Shown piece by piece: positions 17,799-26,890 of a stretch of DNA of 64,000 nucleotides. Each line of letters starts with the position of its first letter. Position 1 is the first letter of the stretch. The position numbers and the translations under genes are program-made. Origin of the DNA: Ignavibacteriota bacterium (GTDB taxonomy: Bacteria > Bacteroidota > Ignavibacteria > Palsa-1295); NCBI GenBank assembly GCA_963787835.1, contig CAWBEI010000002.1, forward strand, positions 800,001 to 864,000, read 5' to 3'. The notes beneath the pieces are model-generated. The model worked only from the letters and a program-made list of their open reading frames with translations, ran no database searches and was not told the DNA's origin.

Positions 17799-19073
17799 TT
17801 ACTTCTTAATTGCAGTCACCCGCTGCACCGTGGATGATCGGTCATTCACTTGCCCATTCATCCGCACAATGCACTCATACATCCCATCGGGTAAGCCAGT
17901 TGCATTCCAGGTGAAGGTATGCTCGCCTGCACTCAGTTCGCCGGAGAAGATGCGCGCAACCTCGGTTCCCAATAGGTTCACCACACTTACTTCCGCCACG
18001 CCGCTTTCGGGAGTTGTGAAGGTGATGGTTGTGGACTCGGTGAAGGGGTTAGGATAGGTCGAGAGAAAATTTCCCACGGAGGAGATCGAAACTCCGGCAT
18101 TAATTCCAAAATAGGAAGACGGACTCCGCCAGATGCCGCTATGCGTTGTACCGGCTAAGACCTCGGTGCCATCGACAAGAATGGAACCGATCGCCGTATC
18201 TCTTAATTCGAGACTGGGAGACAACCAACTCGTACCGCTGTCTATCGAATAAAAAAGGCCGCCCAACGTTCCAGCGAACAAAGTATTGCCACTGGAAGTC
18301 ATACACAATATTTCATTATTGGTCAATCCTTTGCTTGCGGGTGTCCAGTTTGTGCCATTATTCGTGGAGCGGAAGATGCCATCATTATTGGTACCCACGA
18401 ACAGATATGTCCCATTCACGACGACCGAGAGTATCGAACTACCAGGCAAGCCGTTATTGGCAGAAGTCCAGTTTGCGCCATGATCACTAGAGAGATAAAC
18501 ACCATCGCTAAAGGTCCCGGCGATCAGCGTAGTATCGGAAAGTGCAAGTGCACGAATCTGAGAATTAGCCGGCAGCCCATTGCTGGCACCACTCCAGGAT
18601 GTGCCGCTATCCGTGGAAATAAAAATTCCATCACCCCAGGTTCCCGCGAAGATCATCGGAGTTGCTTCATCCCAATCATCGACCAATAAAGAATAAACTG
18701 AAGTATACGCTAATCCGATGTTCGAAGCACTCCAGCTTGTACCATTGTTCATGGAGCGGAAGACACCTCCCCGCGATGTTGCAGCAAACAATATCTGCGA
18801 CTTCTCACTTTGGCCAAGTACTGCAAGGGAAATCACATCGGTATCCGTCAAGCCGACATTGGTTTTCTCCCATGTAGCGCCACTATTCTCTGAATGAAAA
18901 AAGCCACTATCCCGAATTCCTGCAAAAACAAGAGGTGACGATCCGTTCGCTCCTGTCTCGGTAAGTGTGCTTACATCACCAGTCAATATTGAGGATTGCA
19001 CCCACTGCGCTCGCACGCTCGGCGCAACAGCTATCGTAATAATAGTAGCAATAAGAAGTAATATGTGTTTCAT
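17799..19073 (-). CDS. Secreted BNR/beta-propeller protein with T9SS C-terminal domain
   Basis: Signal peptide from MKHILL, repeated S.D/NNG.SW BNR motifs, YPNPF...NLLG...GMY CTD. Confidence 0.85.
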   Translation of the reverse strand: MKHILLLIATIITIAVAPSVRAQWVQSSILTGDVSTLTETGANGSSPLVFAGIRDSGFFHSENSGATWEKTNVGLTDTDVISLAVLGQSEKSQILFAATSRGGVFRSMNNGTSWSASNIGLAYTSVYSLLVDDWDEATPMIFAGTWGDGIFISTDSGTSWSGASNGLPANSQIRALALSDTTLIAGTFSDGVYLSSDHGANWTSANNGLPGSSILSVVVNGTYLFVGTNNDGIFRSTNNGTNWTPASKGLTNNEILCMTSSGNTLFAGTLGGLFYSIDSGTSWLSPSLELRDTAIGSILVDGTEVLAGTTHSGIWRSPSSYFGINAGVSISSVGNFLSTYPNPFTESTTITFTTPESGVAEVSVVNLLGTEVARIFSGELSAGEHTFTWNATGLPDGMYECIVRMNGQVNDRSSTVQRVTAIKK

Positions 19074-19098
19074 AGTGAATTGACGTAATGAGGTAACA

Positions 19099-19139
19099 TC
19101 CCCTATAGTTAAAACGCGCTGGGTCGCTCGGGTTACAAA
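19099..19139 (-). promoter_or_regulatory. Conserved upstream motif shared with 49674-49713
   Basis: The minus strand reads TTTGTAACCCGAGCGACCCAGCGCGTTTTAACTATAGGGGA, nearly identical to the sequence upstream of the 49714 gene. Confidence 0.6.
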
Positions 19140-19270
19140 TAAATCTTTGATTTGGCCAAGATTTTTTGACTGACCATCGATATTAGCCCAAAAACACACC
19201 ACAAAGGCGAATGGCGGTGGTGTCTCTTTGGATGTTTTACCACTCGCCATTCGCCCCACAATGAGCGCGC

Positions 19271-19663
19271 CTAATTATGCCGGTGGCCCAGATACTGCCC
19301 CGTTGCATTTTCCAGCGCATCGGAGTCGAGCCAGTGTTCGAAGAGTTCGAGGCTAGGGAGTATATTCTTCGTCGCGCATTCCTCTCCGAACCGCTCATAC
19401 GCGCTCTTTACCGGCACGACCGGCGTATGCGGGTACGCATGGTCATTCGCGGCGATCGCTTCATCCCATTCGGTGAACCGGCCGTCGAACGGCGGGATCG
19501 CTGATTCAGAATGGGGAGGAGCTTCATGCTCCGGTAATCCGGTCGGTAGGCCGCCTGGCAGGCCGGAAAGCAGCGAAGAGAACGTTAGCAATCCCTTGGG
19601 TTGTGATGCCGGTGGAAGCGATGGCTGGTCGCTCCGGAAGGAATGGAGAAAATGGTGTTTCAT
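19271..19663 (-). CDS. Hypothetical protein
   Basis: 130-aa ORF with ATG filling the intergenic space; no recognisable motif. Confidence 0.5.
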   Translation of the reverse strand: MKHHFLHSFRSDQPSLPPASQPKGLLTFSSLLSGLPGGLPTGLPEHEAPPHSESAIPPFDGRFTEWDEAIAANDHAYPHTPVVPVKSAYERFGEECATKNILPSLELFEHWLDSDALENATGQYLGHRHN

Positions 19664-19899
19664 ATTGGTGAGCTATAATAAACCGCAAACTATGCTGTGA
19701 CCGGAAGCCAATTACATGCCAATGTGCCCTTTTCTTCAAGGATGCCGCAGGCGGCATTAAAACGAAGATAGCACCTACAATCCGCTGCCAGCTCACCGCC
19801 GCACTCTGGAAATTTCAAGAACGAGTTAGGAATTTTTACCGAATGGGATGGAAATGGCGTTTCAGGGGACCACCCCCAAAATCCAATGAATTAATCCCT

Positions 19900-21144
19900 T
19901 TAATGGACAACCGCAATGCGCCTCACGGTTCGGTCATTCCCAGCTTCGATCACTGCGAAATAAACACCAGCCGGAAGCAACGAGAGATCGACATCCAGCG
20001 CTCCGGAACCACGCTGAGAAAGCACTTCCACGCCAAGGAGATTCGAGATGCGAATCTCGATCGGCAACCCTTCGTCATTCGCGAAGAGATGATCGCCGGA
20101 TTGAAGAATGGTTAGGTTTGAGGGCGGTGGATTTTCGGCAACACTGGCTTGAATTTGGGAGTAATCGAATTCCAAGCTGTCGCAGGAGCAAGTATCGATA
20201 GGAGTCAATTGAGGGAATGATAAGGGCGATTCAGAACTAAGAATAACTGTTGACAACTCGTAGCTATGACCGAATGAAAAGGATCCGCCGTTCTTTACAT
20301 AATATACGTTCCATTTCGAGTTGCTCGATATCGCAGCACCGCCCGCCTCGACAAAGATAGTTCGTCCAAAGAAGTCATCATCTGCTGTAAATGAGCCTCC
20401 AGCTTTGACCCAGACTGCAGACGAGGTATCAAAGGTCGCTAATGCATCCACATTACCTGTGACAATCTGGGCCCACTCAGGAATAACTGGATTGCAAGGC
20501 AGGATTTTGAAATGGAAAGGCACCGAGGATGAACATCCATTCGTATTGGTGAACGTAAAAATTCCATTCTTGATACCGGGAGTGGCATAGATGACGGATG
20601 TCATAGGCGAAATGGATTGAATTGGATTGGCGTCTTGATCGAGCTGCCAAGCAAAGGAACCGGAGTCAGCATATAGCGCCTCAGAAAATAAAATAGGTCT
20701 ATTCGGTACACCAAGCGGTTCCCAATCACCCTCAAGCGGCCAGCCATTATTTATTGGATTATGTGAAAATTGAACATAAACATTCGTGGTAAGTCGTGGG
20801 ATGACCTGAATATCAGTTCCATTATCTTCTGAGACCGTGTAGGGGTCAGTAGACTCAATACGGACTCGATAATGATTACCCACTGTTTGCATTGAAATTA
20901 AAAGAGAATCTATAGTGCTTTTGCTCGAGTCAAAAAAAGTAAAGTTTGTAAACGACCCATTCGCATCTGAGAGTTGAGCGATGAAGAGGTTATCCGTAGC
21001 GAATGTTCCGCTCGCTTGATAGGGGACGGTCAGCGTATCTCCTGCGCAATACGAAAGTTGAGTAATCTGTCCAAGAGAAATTGTTTGAGCTTCAATAGGG
21101 GATGTTACTGTCAGGACAAAAAGCAATACAAGAATTCTTTTCAT
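19900..21144 (-). CDS. Secreted PKD-like protein with T9SS-type CTD
   Basis: Signal peptide, YCAGDTL.V.Y..SG.F...N.F..QLSD.NGSF, CTD NLLG...PAGVYF. Confidence 0.8.
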   Translation of the reverse strand: MKRILVLLFVLTVTSPIEAQTISLGQITQLSYCAGDTLTVPYQASGTFATDNLFIAQLSDANGSFTNFTFFDSSKSTIDSLLISMQTVGNHYRVRIESTDPYTVSEDNGTDIQVIPRLTTNVYVQFSHNPINNGWPLEGDWEPLGVPNRPILFSEALYADSGSFAWQLDQDANPIQSISPMTSVIYATPGIKNGIFTFTNTNGCSSSVPFHFKILPCNPVIPEWAQIVTGNVDALATFDTSSAVWVKAGGSFTADDDFFGRTIFVEAGGAAISSNSKWNVYYVKNGGSFSFGHSYELSTVILSSESPLSFPQLTPIDTCSCDSLEFDYSQIQASVAENPPPSNLTILQSGDHLFANDEGLPIEIRISNLLGVEVLSQRGSGALDVDLSLLPAGVYFAVIEAGNDRTVRRIAVVH

Positions 21145-21429
21145 GCTGATAATAACCTCCGAAAATTGATTCTGTTATGCCTCTTCAATGTATCACCGCA
21201 ATGCGCCTCACGGTACGGTCATTCCCTGCCTCGACCACTGCGAAATATACACCAGCCGGGAGCAACGAGAGATCGACATCCAGCGCTTCGGAACCTTGCT
21301 GAGAAAGCACTTCCACGCCAAGGAGATTCGAGATGCGAATCTCGATCGGCAACCCTTCGTCATTCGCGAAGAGATGGTCGCCGGATTGAAGAATGGTTAG
21401 GTTTGATGGCGGTGGATTTTCGGCAACAC
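19910..21429. repeat. About 235-bp near-identical direct repeat (19910-20144 and 21195-21429)
   Basis: 3' ends of the two paralogs match almost base for base. Confidence 0.85.
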
Positions 21430-22435
21430 CCGCCTGCACTTTAGAATAATCAAAATTGAAATTTGAGCAGGTAAACAAGGCGATCGATCCAGAGTTGCTA
21501 TACGGAACATTAGCTTTATTCGAGTCATCCGTAACAACAGTAGCGTAAGCCTCTCCACCAAAGCTAAAAGAACTACCGGCTTTTAGATAAACGGTTGCGA
21601 ACGAAAACGATTCGCCGTTCTGATTATCGATTATTGAAGAGCCCGGTTCTGCAAAAACGAATTGTTCGCCGGGAAAATCGGAGCCGGTCAGCGAATAGGT
21701 TCCGCCTGCTTGAACCCAAACAACCGAATCGTCCCCCGACTCTACATCATTAACAATGCGCGCATTAGCCGGAATGACAGGATTGCAGGAAAGAATGCGG
21801 TATCCGAAAGGAACAGCAGAACTTGCACAGCCTGCAGGAGCAGTAACTTCCAAGGTACCATCTTTCGCTCCGGGCGTTGCGTAGGTAACGGTAACCGATG
21901 CCGCCGAAGAGGTGCTGGGATTCGCATCTTCATTGAAGGTCCAGGCGTATGTTGAGCCTGCTGGCTCCACAGCAAAATCTTTAACGACGATGGGGTCGCC
22001 CTCAAACCCTGCTGCAAAATAGCAATGACACTCGCTGGGAGTATAATACCCGGACAATTTCGAGTCGGCCGGATTCGGCGCAGGCACGGATGAAACCTCA
22101 ATATCGGCTCCGTTGTCTGCTGAGAGGAGATACGGGTTTGTGGATTCAATTCTCACCCGGAAATGGCTACCTGTGCCCGTAAGAGCAAACTTAAAGTTTC
22201 CAGGTGTGGTATCCGCAGTTGCAAGATTCGTGAAGGTTCCAAACGAGCCGTTCGCCTCTGAGAGTTGCACGATAAACTTATTGCCTGCATTAAAACTCCC
22301 GCTTGTCGAATACGAGACCGTCATTGTATCGCCCACGCAATAGACGAGCCGCGTAACTTGCGCAAGCGTTATCGTTTGTGCTTCGATAGAAGTGGACAGT
22401 GTCAAGACGAAAAATAAGACAGCGATTTTTCTCAT
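21185..22435 (-). CDS. Secreted PKD-like protein with T9SS-type CTD (paralog)
   Basis: Same architecture as 19900-21144 with a near-identical C-terminus. Confidence 0.8.
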   Translation of the reverse strand: MRKIAVLFFVLTLSTSIEAQTITLAQVTRLVYCVGDTMTVSYSTSGSFNAGNKFIVQLSEANGSFGTFTNLATADTTPGNFKFALTGTGSHFRVRIESTNPYLLSADNGADIEVSSVPAPNPADSKLSGYYTPSECHCYFAAGFEGDPIVVKDFAVEPAGSTYAWTFNEDANPSTSSAASVTVTYATPGAKDGTLEVTAPAGCASSAVPFGYRILSCNPVIPANARIVNDVESGDDSVVWVQAGGTYSLTGSDFPGEQFVFAEPGSSIIDNQNGESFSFATVYLKAGSSFSFGGEAYATVVTDDSNKANVPYSNSGSIALFTCSNFNFDYSKVQAGVAENPPPSNLTILQSGDHLFANDEGLPIEIRISNLLGVEVLSQQGSEALDVDLSLLPAGVYFAVVEAGNDRTVRRIAVIH

Positions 22436-22692
22436 AGCTATAATAACCTCCGAAAAGTGATATTGTTACACCCATTAACTGACTTCTTTTAGAACAAGAA
22501 CGCTCGGGACTGACAAGCATTTTTTATCAGAAATATAGTGCTCCCAGAAACAGGTGCCTAATGTAGCACTTCACTAACAAATTTTATCTCCTTTGTTTCC
22601 ATGTCATTACGGACAAATTTCTGCTTGTTTTTTATACTTTTTGAACTCTGCGTGTTAAATACCGCGTTGTATAGGGTGAGAAGACTATATAA

Positions 22693-22896
22693 ATGACACA
22701 AAAAATGAAACGATCGCGAGCGGCACGCATCGCATTCGAGGCAAAAGCCAAACGGAAGCAGGACCTCCGCTCGATGGTGGACTCCTTCATGATCGCCATG
22801 ACCACCGGGCCCTCCTTCGATCTCCGAAGGACGCAACCCGGACTCTACGACCGCCGACGCTCTTCTGCCGGTTCGAAAGAAGCGTGCGAAGAATAG
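22693..22896 (+). CDS. Small basic hypothetical protein
   Basis: 67-aa ORF after an AT-rich region, co-oriented with the next ORF. Confidence 0.45.
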   Translation: MTQKMKRSRAARIAFEAKAKRKQDLRSMVDSFMIAMTTGPSFDLRRTQPGLYDRRRSSAGSKEACEE

Positions 22897-22937
22897 ATCC
22901 CACATGTTTTTCATTCAACTATTAATCTATCAACACT

Positions 22938-23306
22938 ATGTCAAACCGACCGACCTACTCCGCTCCGCGAATGACTCGTACCATCCCAGACAATACTCCT
23001 CGCTCCTACACGCTCGACGAGCTATTCGACATTCCTTCCCGGGGCGATTGCGAGTGCCTCGTGGACGAGAACCGCTTCGTTGACGATCCCGATTTCGCCG
23101 ATGGCTTTGGACTTCCCATCAACTCGCTCACGGAAGACGATCTCCGCTTCCTGCGCGACTTCATCTTAAGTTCCGCAATGTATGTCGAGCAGTTGGAAGC
23201 CTTCCTTTGCGACAGTTCCGATGATTTCTGGGAAGCGCGCGAGCAGGCGTACCGTATTATTACTGCGGTGCTTATTCGGCATTATGAGTATGAGTTGGAG
23301 GGATAG
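22938..23306 (+). CDS. Acidic hypothetical protein
   Basis: 122-aa ORF with ATG after an AT-rich leader. Confidence 0.55.
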   Translation: MSNRPTYSAPRMTRTIPDNTPRSYTLDELFDIPSRGDCECLVDENRFVDDPDFADGFGLPINSLTEDDLRFLRDFILSSAMYVEQLEAFLCDSSDDFWEAREQAYRIITAVLIRHYEYELEG

Positions 23307-23404
23307 TCTGAACCTGGATGACGTGGATGGGAAATGATTACGCGGATAGTTTCGAGAACTATCCGCGAGATATTCCTACTCATCCGCGTCATCCCGGTTC
23401 AGAC
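23306..23404. repeat. TCTGAACC...GGTTCAGA palindromic element with GGATTACGC-like units, copy 1
   Basis: GTCTGAACCTGGATGACGTGGATG ... CATCCGCGTCATCCCGGTTCAGAC; relatives at 24955-25056 and 39297-39435. Confidence 0.75.
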
Positions 23405-23496
23405 ACCCCAAGCGATACGCCGCCCCATGCGCAAGTACGGCTGAGAAGATTTATTTAGCCTTCGTCTTGGAACACGACTTGCAATTGAGCCGATCT

Positions 23497-24768
23497 TCAT
23501 TTAGGCACATATTTCGCAAACAAAATTGATGCTGCGAACATAATAAGTGCTCCCACGGCATACAACATACCAGGATTGTAAAAATAGATCGCAGCCGCTC
23601 CAAGCGGGATGAGCATGTTATTAACAGACTGCAAACTTTGGTTCACACCTTGTAATTTCCCCTGTTGGCTTTCATCGATCGATCGCGATAATGTTCCATT
23701 GTATGTAGGGTCAAATAATCCCTCGCCAACAATGATGAATATTATAGCAAGAGCAATGACCACCACCGAATGTATATAGATACTTGCCACAATTAATCCT
23801 AAACCAGTTCCAAGTCCTATTAAGCCGGCTATACCAACATTTCTTTCATGGAAATATTTCAATAACCAGGGCAATACCACAGCACGTGAAATGATCTCGC
23901 AAATGCCAACCAGCGTCAACATACCGCCAATAATGACCGGCCCCCATTGGTAAATATCTTTCAGGAAGAGAATAAAATTGAACTGAAAAATACCTAAGCC
24001 TGCATAAAAAAGTACACCCACGATGAGCAGAACCGCAAGTCCTTTCAAACTGAAGATATCTTTAAAGTGTGAAAAAGTATTGAAACCGCGAAGCGTTAAT
24101 TGTTTCGTTCTCTTTTCGGGAACTAACGATTCCGGCAGCAGAACGTAGACTGCCACAACGGAAAGGAGTATTAATCCGGCAGTAACGAAGAAAGGCAGAC
24201 CAAGCGCAATACTTCCAAGCGCACCACCCAATGCTGGGCCTCCTATTTTTCCTATGCCCATAACGGAAGTAATATAGCCAAACCATTTTGTTCGTTCCTC
24301 TGGCTCGGTACTGTCGGAGATGTAGGCAAAGAGTGTACTAATATTCCCGGCGGTAAGCCCGTCGATAATGCGACCGAGAAAAAGGATCCAGAGCGCACCC
24401 CCTATTCCAAACAAAACATAGCCGATCACGGAACCAAGCAGGCTGATGATAAGAATGATCTTCCGTCCGTACCGGTCGCTTAATGCTCCAAAAACGGGAG
24501 CTGATAAAAACGTGCAGGCGGCAAATACCGACATTAGCGCGCTCATGCCAACAACAACCTGCTTAGCGGGAAGATATTTGCCCACTATAAAAGGCAGAAG
24601 AGGCAACACAATAGAAAGCCCAATGGAATTTAGGGATACAATTCCTACAATGATCCATAAAATAGATTTTTTTGACTTCACGTTCAAATTCAATGATTGT
24701 TTAATAACGTAAAAAACACTTGGCAATTGAGATAACAAGGGTCTTGAAGCCGTTTTTTGGCTTGTCAA
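23497..24768 (-). CDS. MFS efflux transporter, TetA/DHA1-like
   Basis: Motif A GALSDRYGRK, GRIIDGLTAGN, GPALGG, about 12 TM segments; visibly AT-richer than its flanks. Confidence 0.88.
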   Translation of the reverse strand: MTSQKTASRPLLSQLPSVFYVIKQSLNLNVKSKKSILWIIVGIVSLNSIGLSIVLPLLPFIVGKYLPAKQVVVGMSALMSVFAACTFLSAPVFGALSDRYGRKIILIISLLGSVIGYVLFGIGGALWILFLGRIIDGLTAGNISTLFAYISDSTEPEERTKWFGYITSVMGIGKIGGPALGGALGSIALGLPFFVTAGLILLSVVAVYVLLPESLVPEKRTKQLTLRGFNTFSHFKDIFSLKGLAVLLIVGVLFYAGLGIFQFNFILFLKDIYQWGPVIIGGMLTLVGICEIISRAVVLPWLLKYFHERNVGIAGLIGLGTGLGLIVASIYIHSVVVIALAIIFIIVGEGLFDPTYNGTLSRSIDESQQGKLQGVNQSLQSVNNMLIPLGAAAIYFYNPGMLYAVGALIMFAASILFAKYVPK

Positions 24769-24954
24769 GATCTTTTAGCAACCCACAGCGGTAACTCGCT
24801 TTAATGGTAAGAGCCGAGAGCACATATCCCGGAGGGAGTTTCTTAAATGGTGAGTAGGAGCGCTATAAAAGGGAACTAGCTCCTGCCGCATTCTTTATGA
24901 CCATCTCCAGAAACCTCAAATGCAGCAATCCAGTTCCCCTCACAAATGTATCCT

Positions 24955-25087
24955 CGTAATCCGCAACCATCCGCCCCCTCCCCGCGTAGGTCGGCGCCTC
25001 CGGCCCGACTCCCCATCCGCGTAATCCGCAACCATCCGCGTCATCCCGGTTCAGACGCCCCAAGCGATGCCCCGCGCCATGCGCAAG
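24955..25087. repeat. Composite repeat: right arm of TCTGAACC element plus GTAG-REP unit; includes the 55-bp direct repeat of 23381-23435
   Basis: CGCGTAGGTCGGCGCCTCCGGCCCGAC (24983-25009); 25033-25087 matches 23381-23435 at 51/55. Confidence 0.75.
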
Positions 25088-25175
25088 GTGGCGACGGCAT
25101 GCCTGGGTAGTTGAAACGTTGTGAACCAATCGACGTGTGCGTGCCCTATGTGGTAAAGCAATAAAATGACACCCC

Positions 25176-25880
25176 ATGACACAAAAACCAAAAACGGCAG
25201 CGCTTTCTAAGCAGGATGAACGAATTGCGACGGATATGGCACGAGGTATGCTGAATAGCATAGCTCAGCAACTTTTATTGGCAGGAATCATTGAGCCGCT
25301 GAACAAAAGCGATAACGAGATAAGGAAGGAAGTTAACCAATATGTCAGGGAACATATTTTGCCAATAGAGTTCCCGCTATACATGACTATTGATCATACT
25401 GGCGACCTGCTGCGTAATGCAAGGCGCTTTAGATCAGAACGAAAAAGACAGCTGGCTTGCCTTCTGTTTGCAACTTGGTTTGAACACATGCTCAACCTTA
25501 TTATTGGGCAGCTCGGCAAAAAAAGTGGGCTTAACGACGCCGGTGTCAACGAAATGTTGCGGTCTGCACAGCTCCGCGATAAGTGTACATGGCTGTTATC
25601 AATCCTTGGTGGTTCAGCACTTTTGGATACACATCGAAAGCGAATAATTGAATTATCCGAATTCCGAAATCGATTCATACATTACAAATGGAAGCTGGAA
25701 GACGTTGATCGTCCTGAGTCAGAGAAAGAGGATAAGCAACTTACTAAGCTTTTGGAGGAAATTGAAATGACCGTTACGTACATGAGGCGAATTGAGAAGA
25801 AGTACATCTACTTAGGTCGCAAGAAAAGACTCTTTCGAAATCATCCCGGTAAGAAAGCAGCGAGCAAGGAGACTCCCTGA
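25176..25880 (+). CDS. Hypothetical protein with HEPN-like RxxxxH motif
   Basis: Helical protein with 'LLFATWFEH.LN' and 'FRNRFIHYK'. Confidence 0.6.
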   Translation: MTQKPKTAALSKQDERIATDMARGMLNSIAQQLLLAGIIEPLNKSDNEIRKEVNQYVREHILPIEFPLYMTIDHTGDLLRNARRFRSERKRQLACLLFATWFEHMLNLIIGQLGKKSGLNDAGVNEMLRSAQLRDKCTWLLSILGGSALLDTHRKRIIELSEFRNRFIHYKWKLEDVDRPESEKEDKQLTKLLEEIEMTVTYMRRIEKKYIYLGRKKRLFRNHPGKKAASKETP

Positions 25881-25955
25881 GCTCGGAAACGGCGTCAATT
25901 AAAATGCGGTAATGCAATTCCACGCACAAACGGCTGTCGCATCGGGTAGGGAGTT

Positions 25956-26855
25956 TTATTCATTCACTTGGAGCTCTGCTGCACGAAGTTCCCTTTTCAA
26001 TTCGTTTTCCCAATCGCTTTCGAGTGAAATGTAGAGAACTCCATCATAATCTGATGGCTTTTCAATACCCGGCGATACAAGAGCAACAGTTTTGTCTCGC
26101 CCAATTCGGCCCATGAAGTAGCCGAGCTCTACTAATGCGTTCTGTCTGGCGCGAGGTTTTAGATCACTAACGGTTTTAACGTCCTCTTTCGCCGCGCCTA
26201 AATCATCGTCAGTAAGTAAAACCACAGCAAATCTAACATTCGAATGATGTTCAATTTGTTCGATAATAGTTCTACCTGCTTTGGGTTGCTGGTTAATAAC
26301 TATTGGGTCAATTCCCGAACGATGAAGAAAATTTTCTAATTTCAACCGGGCCATTTCGTTATGTCCGAAGACAACAAAGACTTTATCTTTATCTCCTCGC
26401 ACATCCGAAAGGCGATCTCGAAGTGGATTAGGGGATGAAAAATTTGTTTCTAGCGTGGAAGAGTGCGAGGGCATAACTTGAACAGGCTCTTTGAGCAATT
26501 CAACTCTATCGCGAATACTTTGAAGTCTGCCCATTTTACGTCGGATGTCGTCTTTATGTTCATTTATGTCATAATGTAACCCTCCACTACCACCAAAAAC
26601 AATGTGAAGTGGCGAAGAATATTCGTTTTGAAATGTCCTACCAGTAAAAAGAGTATCTAAAAGAGTTCGGTTATAGTCATCCCATTGGTAGTAACGCTGC
26701 CGGGCATCCTCCAGTCCCGGCGCATTTTGAATTTGCTCTCCTCTCAGTTCTTCGCCTTTTGCAATGCGCGCATCAATTTTCTCTTCAGCGTCTTTTCGAG
26801 ACACCTGAAGTGAACTGGGCTCGGGCCTTGATATTTGTTTCTGGGTTTTTGCCAT
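25956..26855 (-). CDS. TIR-like nucleotide-binding domain protein (Cap12/PycTIR-type TIR) with uncharacterised N-terminal domain
   Basis: KVFVVFGH, GRTIIEQIE, FAVVLLTDDD, RARQNALVELGYFMG, PSDYDGVLYI. Confidence 0.85.
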   Translation of the reverse strand: MAKTQKQISRPEPSSLQVSRKDAEEKIDARIAKGEELRGEQIQNAPGLEDARQRYYQWDDYNRTLLDTLFTGRTFQNEYSSPLHIVFGGSGGLHYDINEHKDDIRRKMGRLQSIRDRVELLKEPVQVMPSHSSTLETNFSSPNPLRDRLSDVRGDKDKVFVVFGHNEMARLKLENFLHRSGIDPIVINQQPKAGRTIIEQIEHHSNVRFAVVLLTDDDLGAAKEDVKTVSDLKPRARQNALVELGYFMGRIGRDKTVALVSPGIEKPSDYDGVLYISLESDWENELKRELRAAELQVNE

Positions 26856-26890
26856 TTAATTAAAATCATATTCCCCGCTTAATAATTCTC

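Noticed and set aside
19900-22435. Diversity-generating retroelement TR/VR pair
   Set aside because: No reverse transcriptase in the window, and both repeat copies are coding 3' ends of paralogs encoding a sorting domain.
24863-25261. 132-aa minus-strand ORF
   Set aside because: Largely translates repeat elements and overlaps the HEPN-like gene start; at most its last 35 codons might be a gene remnant, which I cannot support.
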